A stretch of DNA of 59,543 nucleotides, filler included. It is 4 parts of 4 records of this genome, joined end to end, with 100 filler letters (N's around TTAATTAATTAA, not from the genome) between each part and the next. Parts side by side here need not be neighbours in the genome. Positions count along the whole stretch, not along the records: positions 1 to 19,897 come from SRR22947727_571; 3 more parts are not named here. The stretch is one strand, 5' to 3'. Shown in pieces: positions 9,333 to 19,324 of the stretch (the first letter of the stretch is position 1; each line of letters opens with the position of its first letter). Made by a program: the position numbers and the translations under genes. Under the pieces are notes generated by a model that saw only the letters and a program-made list of their open reading frames with translations, made no database searches and was not told the DNA's origin.

Positions 9333-10648
9333 TAGTTAATTACTTCATACGTATATGGAAGTTCGCTTACCTCTGAATCAACGATTATAAAACAATCCTC
9401 GATTTTTTTTCTAACATTTTCATAATCATCTTCTGAATTTATATAAACTGTTAAAAGAGGTGTGCTTGTATCGACTTTATCACCAACTCTTAACACCTGA
9501 TCATAACCAACATTAAAATTAATTTTATCCGTTACTTGCTTTCTTCCTCCGCCTAACTCGATAAGAATTAATCCTAAATCTCTTGTTTTAATTTCTTTTA
9601 CCCATCCAGATTGGGTTGAAAGAATATCTTTTTTAATAGCTTTTATTTTTAAATGATTATCTTGTGACGACATAATATCAGACGGGCCTCCCAAAGCATG
9701 GACCATTTTTTCAAATTTTTCTGCTGCTTGCCCATTTGATATTACAGTATTAATTTTTTTCAGAGCATCTTGTTTTGAGAGGTTTTGGGACATCATTAAA
9801 ACTGAGGCTACTAACTCATATGTAATTAATTCCAGTCTTGATTCTTTTTCTTGGTTTTTTAAAAAATTAATACACTCAGACATTTCCAAAATATGCCCTG
9901 CACTTTTTCCTAAAACTTGATTCATATCTGTTATGATTGCTTCACATTGTAGCCCAGCACCTTGTGCTACTTTAACAAGTGAGTGGGATAATTCTCTTGC
10001 TATATCTATAGTGCTATTAAAAGATCCATTCCCTACCTTAACATCTAAAACTAATGTCTTTAAACCTGATGCAATTTTTTTAGATAGTATGGACGATGTA
10101 ATTAACGGTAAAGATTCTACTGTTCCCACTATATCTCTAATTGAATATAGTTTTTTATCTGCAGGAGCTAAGTTTGAAGTTTGACCTATAATTGCACAGC
10201 CAACTTCTTTTACAACTTTCTTAAAAGTATCTAAATCTGGTTGTGTATTGTACCCTGGTATCGAATCAAATTTATCTAACGTTCCACCCGTATGCCCAAG
10301 ACCTCTTCCAGAAATCATTGGAACAAATAATCCACAAGCTGCTAAAATAGGAGCAAGAATAAGACTTGTTTTATCTCCCACACCACCTGTGGAATGCTTA
10401 TCGCAAACTAAATCAGTATCAACAACACCAGCCCAATTAATCGTATCCCCTGAAGTAGTCATTGCTTCAGTTAAATTAACTGTTTCTTCAGGGATCATAC
10501 CATTTAAAAAAATTGCCATACTCATCGCCGCAACTTGTGAGTTGGAAAAAGATCCATCAGTTAGACCTTTTACAAATAAAGAAATTTCTTCTTTTAAAAG
10601 AACTTTCTTATCTCTTTTTTTTCTAATTATTTCCTGTGGAATCATCAA
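9332..10648 (-). CDS. deoA: Thymidine phosphorylase
   Basis: PQEIIRKKRD, DKHSTGGVGDK, SGRGLGHTGGTLDK, SILSKK. Confidence 0.95.
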   Translation of the reverse strand: MMIPQEIIRKKRDKKVLLKEEISLFVKGLTDGSFSNSQVAAMSMAIFLNGMIPEETVNLTEAMTTSGDTINWAGVVDTDLVCDKHSTGGVGDKTSLILAPILAACGLFVPMISGRGLGHTGGTLDKFDSIPGYNTQPDLDTFKKVVKEVGCAIIGQTSNLAPADKKLYSIRDIVGTVESLPLITSSILSKKIASGLKTLVLDVKVGNGSFNSTIDIARELSHSLVKVAQGAGLQCEAIITDMNQVLGKSAGHILEMSECINFLKNQEKESRLELITYELVASVLMMSQNLSKQDALKKINTVISNGQAAEKFEKMVHALGGPSDIMSSQDNHLKIKAIKKDILSTQSGWVKEIKTRDLGLILIELGGGRKQVTDKINFNVGYDQVLRVGDKVDTSTPLLTVYINSEDDYENVRKKIEDCFIIVDSEVSELPYTYEVIN

Positions 10649-11450
10649 ATGTCACTTCTGTAATAAAGTTTTTAATTAATTGAAGAATATTATTTTCAGC
10701 CAGATTAGCATTTTCTAGTGTTTCTTTGTGACTAAGTTTTGTTTTGTTCATCCCTGCTGCTAAATTTGTAATTACACTGATAGCAATTACCGAAAGATCA
10801 CAATGATTAGCAACTAGCACCTCTGGTACTGTTGACATTCCTACTGCATTTCCCCCAATAACTTTTAGTGCATTTATTTCAGCTGGTGTTTCAAAATTTG
10901 GACCAGAATACATACAATAAATTCCTTCAAAAATTTGTTGGTTAGTTTTGTTGGCAGTTTCAATCAACTGATCGCGGTAAAATTTATGGTAACCATCACT
11001 CATGTCATGAAACCTGGGTCCATACTCATCTTGGTTTTTTCCAATCAAAGGGTTGTAACCGCTCCAATTAATATGATCAGATATAGCCATTAAACTCCCC
11101 GCTGGCATTTTCTCATCTAGGCTTCCTGCTGCGTTGGTAACAATTAAAAGTTTACACCCAATATCTTTTAATACACGAATTGGTTTTGCGAGACTGTTTG
11201 GTTCATGACCCTCATAAATATGAGAACGGCCATACATACACACTACTTTTTTATCAGCTATGTTTCCTAAAACTAATTTTCCTGCATGACCTTTTACTGT
11301 AGGTTGAGGAAAATCTGGAAGGTCAGTATACGGTATTTCTTTAATAATATTTTGTGGTTCAAAAAAATTTGTTAACCCTGATCCCAGAATAACTGCAATC
11401 TCTGGTTGAGTATTTGTTGTTTCTAAAAAAACTTTTGAAGAAGAATGCAT
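10623..11450 (-). CDS. Purine nucleoside phosphorylase (trimeric PunA/XapA type)
   Basis: ILGSGL, GH.G.L, GRSHIYEG, GPNFETPAE, VGMSTVPE. Confidence 0.93.
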   Translation of the reverse strand: MHSSSKVFLETTNTQPEIAVILGSGLTNFFEPQNIIKEIPYTDLPDFPQPTVKGHAGKLVLGNIADKKVVCMYGRSHIYEGHEPNSLAKPIRVLKDIGCKLLIVTNAAGSLDEKMPAGSLMAISDHINWSGYNPLIGKNQDEYGPRFHDMSDGYHKFYRDQLIETANKTNQQIFEGIYCMYSGPNFETPAEINALKVIGGNAVGMSTVPEVLVANHCDLSVIAISVITNLAAGMNKTKLSHKETLENANLAENNILQLIKNFITEVTFDDSTGNN

Positions 11451-11866
11451 TATAAATTTTCTGGACCAAAGGAGTCAGGAAGTAAATCTTCTAATGTTGA
11501 TGTTTTAATATGTCCATTAACATTACACATATGAATATTTACATCAAGTGCTGCAAACTCTCTTAATCTTTGTCGACAACCTCCACAAGGTGAACAAAGT
11601 AAATCTCCAGAACCTATCACAACTACTTCTTTAATTTTTGTAAAACCCTTTGCTACAAGATTTCCTATTGCGCTTGCTTCTGCACATTGAGATTGTGGGT
11701 ATGCTGCATTCTCAACATTGCACCCCGCAATAATTGAATTGTCCTCTGTAAGAAATGCGGCGCCTACTTTAAATTTTGAATAAGGAACATGGGCATTATC
11801 TCTAACATCTTTTGCAGCTTGAAAAAGCTTTTCAAAATTTTCTGAAATCATATGTTCGTTTATCAT
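11450..11866 (-). CDS. cdd: Cytidine deaminase
   Basis: PYSKFKVGAA, NVENAAY, CAEASA, PCGGCRQ. Confidence 0.95.
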   Translation of the reverse strand: MINEHMISENFEKLFQAAKDVRDNAHVPYSKFKVGAAFLTEDNSIIAGCNVENAAYPQSQCAEASAIGNLVAKGFTKIKEVVVIGSGDLLCSPCGGCRQRLREFAALDVNIHMCNVNGHIKTSTLEDLLPDSFGPENL

Positions 11867-11892
11867 GAAAAAACAAAAAAAATTATTTATTT

Positions 11893-13044
11893 CTAAATCT
11901 TAAATAAATCTTGAGTTAAATCTGGAAGATCATCACCCCAAAAAACTTCTCTTTTTAAAAACTCAGGATCCTTATTAAAACAAATAGACATTGCGGAATT
12001 ATAAACCGCTCTAGCATCTATTGTTGAGTTTAAATCTCTTCCTTCAAATAAATTTTTCTTTTTTAAGCCTGGCCAATCGGTATAAACTTGAGATTTTTTA
12101 AGCAAACCTCCTGCCATAAGTATAGCACTTCCATACCCATGCTCGGTACCAAAACCTCCATTTTGTTTAATTGTTCTGCCAAATTCTGTTAAAGTTAAAA
12201 TTAAGGTATTATCAAACGATGAACCTAAATTTTTATAGAGAATTTTTACAATATTATTTACCTCTTCAAGCTCATCCGCATGAGCTCCATTATTCCCTCC
12301 TTGAGCAGTATGTGTGTCAAACCCATCTAATTCAAACACAGCCACTCTTGGGCCATTTGGGTCTTTAAGTTGTTTGGCAGCTTCTCTAGCTAAATTATTT
12401 CTATCTTGTGAATTTGTTGCAATTTGCATTGATAAAGGTCTTTTTTTAATTGTACTTAAAGTAGATTTAATTAATTCATTATGATCGCCAATAAATTCAT
12501 TATGAATTGCATCTATTAATTTAGTTTGAACATAGTCTGGTGAAGGAAAAAAGTTATTATTTTGAGGAACACCTCTCAATAAAAGAGGCATTGGAAGAGA
12601 TATTGCTAATCCTTTTCCAATAATCTCTGAAGCTAACAATCCTCTTCCTAACCAACCTGTTTTTTCTTGATAAGGAGTATGGGCGCCTGTTTCCATCAAA
12701 TTTTGCCCATCAAAATGTGATCTTCCTGTATAAGGAATATTGGTAGCATGAACAAAAGCTGCTTTGTCTTGTTGCCATAGCTTATGAAAAATTTCTAATT
12801 TAGGATGTAGGGCAAAATCACTATTTAATTTCAGAGTATTTTCTAAAATTAGTTGTTTTCTTAATTTTTTTAATCTTTTATCTCCAATAACTGGAACTGC
12901 TGTTAAACCATCCATACCGCCACGAAGAGATATTATGATGAGATTTTTTTTCTCTATATTTGCAAAACTTATTTTAGGATAGAACCCAGAAAAAAATAAT
13001 GTTGAAGAAGCGCCAATCAAAAAATTTCTTCTTGTGCAATTCAT
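11893..13044 (-). CDS. DUF1501 domain protein (Tat-exported)
   Basis: TRRNFL Tat signal, LRGGMDGL, RSHFDGQ, GFDTH, TEFGRT, GTEHG. Confidence 0.9.
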   Translation of the reverse strand: MNCTRRNFLIGASSTLFFSGFYPKISFANIEKKNLIIISLRGGMDGLTAVPVIGDKRLKKLRKQLILENTLKLNSDFALHPKLEIFHKLWQQDKAAFVHATNIPYTGRSHFDGQNLMETGAHTPYQEKTGWLGRGLLASEIIGKGLAISLPMPLLLRGVPQNNNFFPSPDYVQTKLIDAIHNEFIGDHNELIKSTLSTIKKRPLSMQIATNSQDRNNLAREAAKQLKDPNGPRVAVFELDGFDTHTAQGGNNGAHADELEEVNNIVKILYKNLGSSFDNTLILTLTEFGRTIKQNGGFGTEHGYGSAILMAGGLLKKSQVYTDWPGLKKKNLFEGRDLNSTIDARAVYNSAMSICFNKDPEFLKREVFWGDDLPDLTQDLFKI

Positions 13045-14504
13045 GCTTTAAGTACTCCTGGTAAATTACAAATTATACCATATTTACTAATCATGTCAGA
13101 CTCTTCTTTTAATTTGGTATCGGAATTAAAATTTTTTATAAGTAAAGACATCCTTTCGTAATCATCAAAATTTTTTTTCAAACATTCCAAAGTAAAATCG
13201 TGATTATAGTTTTTTGATTTAATCATTTTTGGTAAAATATTAGATGAAAACCAAAGTCGTCTTAATAAAAGTTCTGGTGATACCCAGTCTACCTCAAAAT
13301 CACTCCAACCATTTGGTTGTTTAGGGCGGTAAGGTGAATGCCCAATTTCACGAAGCCACCAAGATAATCGTCTTTGACTATGGGAGGGTTTATTTTTAAA
13401 ATCATAGTTCATTCGAGATGGTATCAAAGGTATGTTCAAATCAAAAATTTTAGAAAGTTGCATTAACCAAACTTCTGGAACCTGAAACTTATATGTTAAA
13501 TCTCTGTATTTGTAAGCTTGTCTAACAACCTCTTTTTGTATCTCAATTAAATTTCCATCATATTTATTCCAAACATCAATCACTGGCCTAACCATTTCTT
13601 CAGTAGGATCATCAGTAATAAAATGTCGGCATAATTTCGTTGAAACAAACTTTATACAAACTGGATGTGTTGCTAAATCATGAATAACTCTAGGCAATTC
13701 CCTTTTTGCATCATTTTTATACTTTACTCCTAGAACTTTTTTTTCTCCAGTTTGATGTCTATCTTGATCAAACCAAACGTCTCCTGTTTCAAGCCCTTTC
13801 TTACTGTATTTTTGACTCCATCCAGTCATAATATAAGCAAGTTGAATAACGTCCTCCTGCGTATATCCGGCACTTGGTGACACGGTATGAAGTTCTAATA
13901 ACTCTCTTGCATGATTTTCATTAATAGTATCTCTGGGATTCCATTGTTTACTTTTAGAGTTGGGGCCCACAGATTGGGAATTATCAAGATGATGAATCAT
14001 ACACCAAGAAGTTGTTACCGACTGGACCATATCCTCAAACGTTTTAACCATATTTGGTCTAATAATTTCTCGTTGGTACGGACCTGTACTAAACTCAGCT
14101 AAGAAGTCTTTTTCACTAATTGCAAAATGATTTCCCCAAAAAAGCCAAAAGCGTTCAAAAACTGGTTGCTGACTATTTTTAGTTTGATAGTGTCTAATAG
14201 CGTGTTCATTTAGTTCAAAAAACCTTTCACCGGTTTTAGTTCTTAACTCTTCCTTGGCTTTCTCGTATGCATTTATATCATTTTTATATTTTTTTCTAAT
14301 AACCTCTCTATCCCCATAAACCCATTCTCCATATTTTTTTCTCATTTCTTTTTCTGATGGAATAGAACCAGGCCACAAGAGGTCTGGTACTGAATTTAAT
14401 TGGTCAAGAGCCCAATCAAGCGGTTCACTAGGACTGGTTTCATTAGGACTGGTTTCATTAGGAGATAAACCAAAAGCAACTCTTCTATAAAAATTTAATG
14501 CCAT
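13041..14504 (-). CDS. DUF1800 domain protein
   Basis: FERFWLFWGNHF, LDN, NENHARELLELHT, GYTQEDV, PNGW; 4-nt overlap with the DUF1501 gene. Confidence 0.9.
   Translation of the reverse strand: MALNFYRRVAFGLSPNETSPNETSPSEPLDWALDQLNSVPDLLWPGSIPSEKEMRKKYGEWVYGDREVIRKKYKNDINAYEKAKEELRTKTGERFFELNEHAIRHYQTKNSQQPVFERFWLFWGNHFAISEKDFLAEFSTGPYQREIIRPNMVKTFEDMVQSVTTSWCMIHHLDNSQSVGPNSKSKQWNPRDTINENHARELLELHTVSPSAGYTQEDVIQLAYIMTGWSQKYSKKGLETGDVWFDQDRHQTGEKKVLGVKYKNDAKRELPRVIHDLATHPVCIKFVSTKLCRHFITDDPTEEMVRPVIDVWNKYDGNLIEIQKEVVRQAYKYRDLTYKFQVPEVWLMQLSKIFDLNIPLIPSRMNYDFKNKPSHSQRRLSWWLREIGHSPYRPKQPNGWSDFEVDWVSPELLLRRLWFSSNILPKMIKSKNYNHDFTLECLKKNFDDYERMSLLIKNFNSDTKLKEESDMISKYGIICNLPGVLKA
14429..14463. repeat. 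15-bp in-frame tandem duplication (SPNET x2)
   Basis: TAGGACTGGTTTCAT x2 plus TAGGA, identical copies. Confidence 0.9.
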
Positions 14505-14545
14505 GAATATAAAACTAGTTTACAATAATTCATAAAAATTGACAT

Positions 14546-15202
14546 ATGTTAATGAAAAAAACTTCTTTAAAAATCTGTGGTATTACCAACACTCAATCGA
14601 TTAATACTGCTTATAAAAACAAAATAAAATCTCTTGGCTTTGCTAGTAATAATTTAAAAGGCCCAAACACAGCCACAGACAAAAAAATACAATTACTAAT
14701 TAAAGAATGCAAAAATTTTAAAATAGAGTCTGTGCTTTTAACACGATATGTATCTTTAAATAAATTAATTGAGCAAATAGATTATACCAAACCTAAAACA
14801 ATTTCGTGCTCATATCACTACAATAAAAATGAATTGAAAATAATAAGAAAAACCTTCAGAAGATTAAAAATTGGTATAGCTGTAAATCCAGAAAATTATA
14901 ATTTAAGTTATTTAAAAAAAATTAAAAATATTGTGAATATAATTTACTATGACCTTAATGTTTATAAAACTAAATCGATAAAAACATATTCTTTAAAAAA
15001 ATGCTTGGATCAAATTAAATCGATAAAAAACTTATCGATTCCAATTTACATAGGTGGTGGTATTGATGAACATAAAGCTAAAGAGGTTATTAGATTATTG
15101 CATCCTGATGGAATAGATGTGTCTCGTGGTCTTAAAAACTCCAAAAATATAATTTCAACTAGAAAACTAAAAAAATTTTTACAACAAGTTGCGGTAGCTT
15201 AA
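14546..15202 (+). CDS. Divergent TrpF (phosphoribosylanthranilate isomerase)-like TIM barrel
   Basis: LKICGIT N-terminus, IYIGGGI, GIDVSRGL; middle region poorly conserved. Confidence 0.7.
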   Translation: MLMKKTSLKICGITNTQSINTAYKNKIKSLGFASNNLKGPNTATDKKIQLLIKECKNFKIESVLLTRYVSLNKLIEQIDYTKPKTISCSYHYNKNELKIIRKTFRRLKIGIAVNPENYNLSYLKKIKNIVNIIYYDLNVYKTKSIKTYSLKKCLDQIKSIKNLSIPIYIGGGIDEHKAKEVIRLLHPDGIDVSRGLKNSKNIISTRKLKKFLQQVAVA

Positions 15203-15679
15203 CCTGTCAATAATATAATGGTTTTTAAGTCTTAAAATTAGCTCTTTAATAGTAAGTTTACTAACTGGATCCCTAAAATTTTGCACAATATCTTGCATTG
15301 GCAACAAAACAAAATCTCTTTCTGATGCTCTTGGATGAGGAATAGAAAGCTCTTGAATCTTAATTATTTTATGATCCCAAAATATAATGTCTAAATCTAT
15401 TCTTCTAGGACCATTAATTAATCTTTTGTTTTTTTTAAGTTTTCTTTCAATCAGTTGAATTTTATTAATTAACTCAATTGGCAATATTTCTGATTTTAAA
15501 TGAACCATCGTGTTATAAAAAAAATTTTGTTTTAAGTAGCCATATGGTTTTGATTTATAAATATTAGCCATTTTAACAACTTGACCGATTTTTTTTAACT
15601 CAAAAATAGCGTTTGAAAAATTATTTATATAATTGCCAACGTTAGTTCCTAGCGCAATATAATAATTAGTTGGATACAC
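15179..15679 (-). CDS. folK: HPPK (dihydro-hydroxymethylpterin pyrophosphokinase)
   Basis: YIALGTNVG, GPRRIDLDI, IPHPR..ERDFVL.P. Confidence 0.93.
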   Translation of the reverse strand: MYPTNYYIALGTNVGNYINNFSNAIFELKKIGQVVKMANIYKSKPYGYLKQNFFYNTMVHLKSEILPIELINKIQLIERKLKKNKRLINGPRRIDLDIIFWDHKIIKIQELSIPHPRASERDFVLLPMQDIVQNFRDPVSKLTIKELILRLKNHYIIDRLSYRNLL

Positions 15680-16010
15680 TTACAGTTTCTGATCCATAAC
15701 GTTTAGCAACGACTGTTTTATTAATTTTAATTTTTACATTTTTGATTTTAAATTTTTTTTCTATCATGTCAGATGAAGATATAATAAGATTTTCAAGAGT
15801 GTTATACTTTGACTCATTTATGAATTTTTTTAGAGATTTTGTGATATCCGAGTAACTTTTAAGATTAGATATTTTTTCTAAGTTTTTATTTTTTTTAACA
15901 CTGTAGCTAAAATTTAGAGTAACTTTAAGTAACTGCTTTCTTTTTCTTTCTTCTGCAGTAATTCCAATATTTGCAAACACTTTCAGATTTTTAATTTCTA
16001 CATTAAACAT
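15666..16010 (-). CDS. folB: Dihydroneopterin aldolase
   Basis: IGI..EER..Q, Y, TLE motifs; lies between folP and folK. Confidence 0.85.
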   Translation of the reverse strand: MFNVEIKNLKVFANIGITAEERKRKQLLKVTLNFSYSVKKNKNLEKISNLKSYSDITKSLKKFINESKYNTLENLIISSSDMIEKKFKIKNVKIKINKTVVAKRYGSETVSVSN

Positions 16011-16816
16011 ATTGTTTTATACACCTTTAGAGCTTGATAAGTTTCTTTAACATCATGCACTCTAAACATATTCACTCCTTTTTTATAGCAATAAAGGGCG
16101 GAAGCTATGGAGCCACCAAGGCGATTATTAACATCACTCTTATCAATACCGCTGATCCAACTCTTCCGAGATGCACCCAATAAAACACCACATTTCTTAA
16201 TTTTAAATTGTTGAATATTTTGCATAATTTCTATGTTTTGTGAAAGATTTTTACCAAAACCAATTCCAGGATCAAACCAAATTTTAGAGTGGGGTATTTT
16301 ATATTTATCGATTTTTTTGAGAGTTGTTTGAAAAATTTTTTTAATATCACTCACAACATTTTTATAAGAATTTACTTTAGATTGCATAATTTTTGGTGGG
16401 GCTGGGGTATGCATTAAGACTAAACCATTTTTAAATTTTTTAGTTAACTGAAACAAATCGTTTGAACCTCCAAAAACATCATTGATGATATGTGCCCCGT
16501 TCTCTAAGGCAAATTCCTGTGTTTCAATTTTAGAAGAGTCAATAGATATTAAAAATTGATCTTTAGGTAATTTTTTTAAAATTGGAGATAGTTTTCTAAT
16601 TTCTTCTCTATAACTTATTGGGTCGCTTCCCGGTTTAGTGCTCTCCGCTCCTATATCAATAATTTGAGCGCCTTCACCAATCATATTCTTTATAGATTTT
16701 AAAGCATCAGGCGTTTTGTAATTCTTTCCCCCATCACTGAAAGAATCTTTGGTAACGTTACAAATCCCCATAATTGCTGGCGATACAATAGAAAATTTGT
16801 TGTTATTAAATATCAT
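15998..16816 (-). CDS. folP: Dihydropteroate synthase
   Basis: MGICNVTKDSFSDGG, DIGAEST, DPGIGFGK, SRKS, RVHDV. Confidence 0.95.
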   Translation of the reverse strand: MIFNNNKFSIVSPAIMGICNVTKDSFSDGGKNYKTPDALKSIKNMIGEGAQIIDIGAESTKPGSDPISYREEIRKLSPILKKLPKDQFLISIDSSKIETQEFALENGAHIINDVFGGSNDLFQLTKKFKNGLVLMHTPAPPKIMQSKVNSYKNVVSDIKKIFQTTLKKIDKYKIPHSKIWFDPGIGFGKNLSQNIEIMQNIQQFKIKKCGVLLGASRKSWISGIDKSDVNNRLGGSIASALYCYKKGVNMFRVHDVKETYQALKVYKTICLM

Positions 16817-17571
16817 AATTTTAATTGAGCTTCGTATATTGAAGACAGTCTCTTAAACATTTTTGATGAAGAGCTAAACCATTTAATTTGAGGAATAGAT
16901 GAAACTTTGATCACACCTTTGCCAGAACCAACCAAAATTATTTCATCGGCTGAAAACAAGTCTGAGGAGTTTATAGATTTAAATATATATCTATTCGTAA
17001 ATTTATTTAATAAATAATTTATTGTTATACCCTTATAATAATTACCTTTGGGTATAATCATCTGATTATTTTTAATCATAATTAAGTTTGTTGTGGAACC
17101 TTCGAGGATAATCTTTTTGTTATGAAATAAGATCTCTTCTTTTTGCATATCAATATCTTTTTGTAGAGATAGTATTTTTTTATAGTGTAGGTTTTTTACT
17201 CTTGCATTCACTCGTTGATAATTAACAAGCTGGCATTGAAAATTATTACTTGGTGTTAGTCGAGGTCGAAGGGATATAGATATATTGTTTTGTTTAACAG
17301 CAATTCTAAGAAGATGATTAAATTTTTTTATCTTTAATTGATTTGGAATTAACTCTAATAATTTTTTTTCGGTTAGAGCAAATTTAATATTTTGTTTTTT
17401 TAAACTTTTATTTAACTGAGATAAGTGCTCTTTTAAAAAAATATATCTGGGACTTCTTCCTACAACTCTGACTGTTGTAAAAACGCCTTTTGACCCCCAC
17501 AAATGATCGTACTTAACACTATTAAAGCTGTTATAATTGTAGGACTTTTTGAATGAGAAATTTACCATCAA
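16813..17571 (-). CDS. pabC: Aminodeoxychorismate lyase-like (class IV aminotransferase)
   Basis: GVFTT.R, KNLHY, EGSTTN, GIT, ADEI motifs; operon context. Confidence 0.8.
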   Translation of the reverse strand: MMVNFSFKKSYNYNSFNSVKYDHLWGSKGVFTTVRVVGRSPRYIFLKEHLSQLNKSLKKQNIKFALTEKKLLELIPNQLKIKKFNHLLRIAVKQNNISISLRPRLTPSNNFQCQLVNYQRVNARVKNLHYKKILSLQKDIDMQKEEILFHNKKIILEGSTTNLIMIKNNQMIIPKGNYYKGITINYLLNKFTNRYIFKSINSSDLFSADEIILVGSGKGVIKVSSIPQIKWFSSSSKMFKRLSSIYEAQLKL

Positions 17572-18088
17572 CAGTTAAAAAAGAGTCTGGGTGAAATTGA
17601 AAACCATATACATTATTAATAGTATCTTCTATGGCCATAGCAACATTAGATTCTACACATCTCATCGTTATTTTTAATGACAAAGAATTGAAAGGCTCTT
17701 TCAGCTTTAGAGAGTGATAGCGCCCTGCTAAAAAAACCTTATTAGGCTTAAATAAAGCACTTTCTTTTAAAGTTTTAATTTTAGACTGATAACCATGATA
17801 TATTTTTTTTTGAGGAACTATATCAGCATTTTCCGCATATAATATTTGCTGAAAACCAAGACAAATGCCTATAATTTTTTTATCCCCTTTGTACTTCTTA
17901 TATACTTTTTGTGTTTCAGGATAGTGTGAGGGGTTACCAGGGCCTGGTGAAAAAATAATAATTTTAGATTTTTCTAATTGGTGCCAATTAATATCATAAT
18001 AATTAGAAACATAAGTTGGAGCAAAACCCTCTAAGAGATGAACAAGATTATAAGTGAAGGAATCCTCATGATCGATTACGTAAATCAT
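17531..18088 (-). CDS. pabA: ADC synthase glutamine amidotransferase subunit
   Basis: DSFTYNL, SPGPG, GICLG, RYHSL, QFHPDS. Confidence 0.88.
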   Translation of the reverse strand: MIYVIDHEDSFTYNLVHLLEGFAPTYVSNYYDINWHQLEKSKIIIFSPGPGNPSHYPETQKVYKKYKGDKKIIGICLGFQQILYAENADIVPQKKIYHGYQSKIKTLKESALFKPNKVFLAGRYHSLKLKEPFNSLSLKITMRCVESNVAMAIEDTINNVYGFQFHPDSFLTVDGKFLIQKVLQL

Positions 18089-19296
18089 GTTTTAAATAAA
18101 TCTAAAAGTGATTTTGCTTTAATATAATTTTCTTTATATTCTCTTTTAGGTTTGCTATCGATAACAACACCACTTGCAGCTGAAATTTCAGCTCGGTTTT
18201 TATAATTTAAGATTGAGCGAATAATAATATTAAAACGCATGTCCCCATTGGAATTTATATAACCAAAACTTCCAGTATAAATATTCCTATTTAATTTTTC
18301 ACGGCCATTAAGAAGTTTTATCGTATTTATTTTTGGACAACCAATGACGGATCCGCCAGGCATCATTGCAGAAATAATGTCATAATTAGTAATGCGTTTC
18401 TTAAGCCTACCTTTTATCTCGGTGACATAGTGATAGAGGTCCCTATATTGTTCGACAGTTTTTAATTTATTAATTTTTACCGTACCCGTTTTACATATGC
18501 GTGATAAATCATTGCGCTCCATATCAACAATCATGTTATGCTCTTTGCTCTCTTTTTCATTTTTCTTAAAAAAGTTATTAGCGAATTTTTTGGTCATTTT
18601 TTTTGTACGATTTAGAGTGCCAGCTATTGGCTTTGTAATAATAACGTCTTTCTTTTTTTCAATAAGAGTTTCTGGGGAACAGCTGATAATACTATAATCC
18701 TTATCTCTTATTAAAAAACTTTCTGGAGATTCATTTATGCTCATTAATTTCCAAAAAAAATTAACAGCATCAATATTGGATTTATTTGAATAGGTTTGAC
18801 AAATTTTAATTTGATATGTTTCTCCTAATTGAATTTTTTTAGAAAAATGTTTAAATAAATTAGAATATTTTGATTCATCTAAATTCAAATTAAATTTTTT
18901 TTGGTAAAAATATTTATTTTTAGGTTTTGAAGTTTGTAATTGTCTAAAATTTTTTAATAAACTTTTAATTACAATATTTTTTCTAATTTTAATTATAGTC
19001 TGGGGTTTGTAAACAAGTCCTGGATAAAAATTTAAACTTTGTTGTTTAGGAATTTTAATTTTAATATTTTCACATAATAGCTGAAAGCCAAAAAAACCAA
19101 TATAACAATTTAATTCCTTGATAGGAGATTTTGATTGTAACGTTTTCTTGTTAAGAAAATTTTTAAAATTCTTAGAATTTAAAGTGATCTTCTCTTTGAA
19201 ATCAGTATAAACGTCGTATCCACCAATAGTTTTATATATTATTAGTGGTTTATTTGATTGAAAAATCTTATTAAGGTATTCTTTATTGTTCAGCAC
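18085..19296 (-). CDS. pabB: ADC synthase component I (chorismate-binding)
   Basis: GETYQ, SPET, PIAGT, EHNMIVDMERNDL, PGGSV.G.PK, YTGSFG, NIIIR. Confidence 0.88.
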   Translation of the reverse strand: MLNNKEYLNKIFQSNKPLIIYKTIGGYDVYTDFKEKITLNSKNFKNFLNKKTLQSKSPIKELNCYIGFFGFQLLCENIKIKIPKQQSLNFYPGLVYKPQTIIKIRKNIVIKSLLKNFRQLQTSKPKNKYFYQKKFNLNLDESKYSNLFKHFSKKIQLGETYQIKICQTYSNKSNIDAVNFFWKLMSINESPESFLIRDKDYSIISCSPETLIEKKKDVIITKPIAGTLNRTKKMTKKFANNFFKKNEKESKEHNMIVDMERNDLSRICKTGTVKINKLKTVEQYRDLYHYVTEIKGRLKKRITNYDIISAMMPGGSVIGCPKINTIKLLNGREKLNRNIYTGSFGYINSNGDMRFNIIIRSILNYKNRAEISAASGVVIDSKPKREYKENYIKAKSLLDLFKT

Positions 19297-19324
19297 GTAA
19301 ATCTATTATAATTAGGTAAAATAT

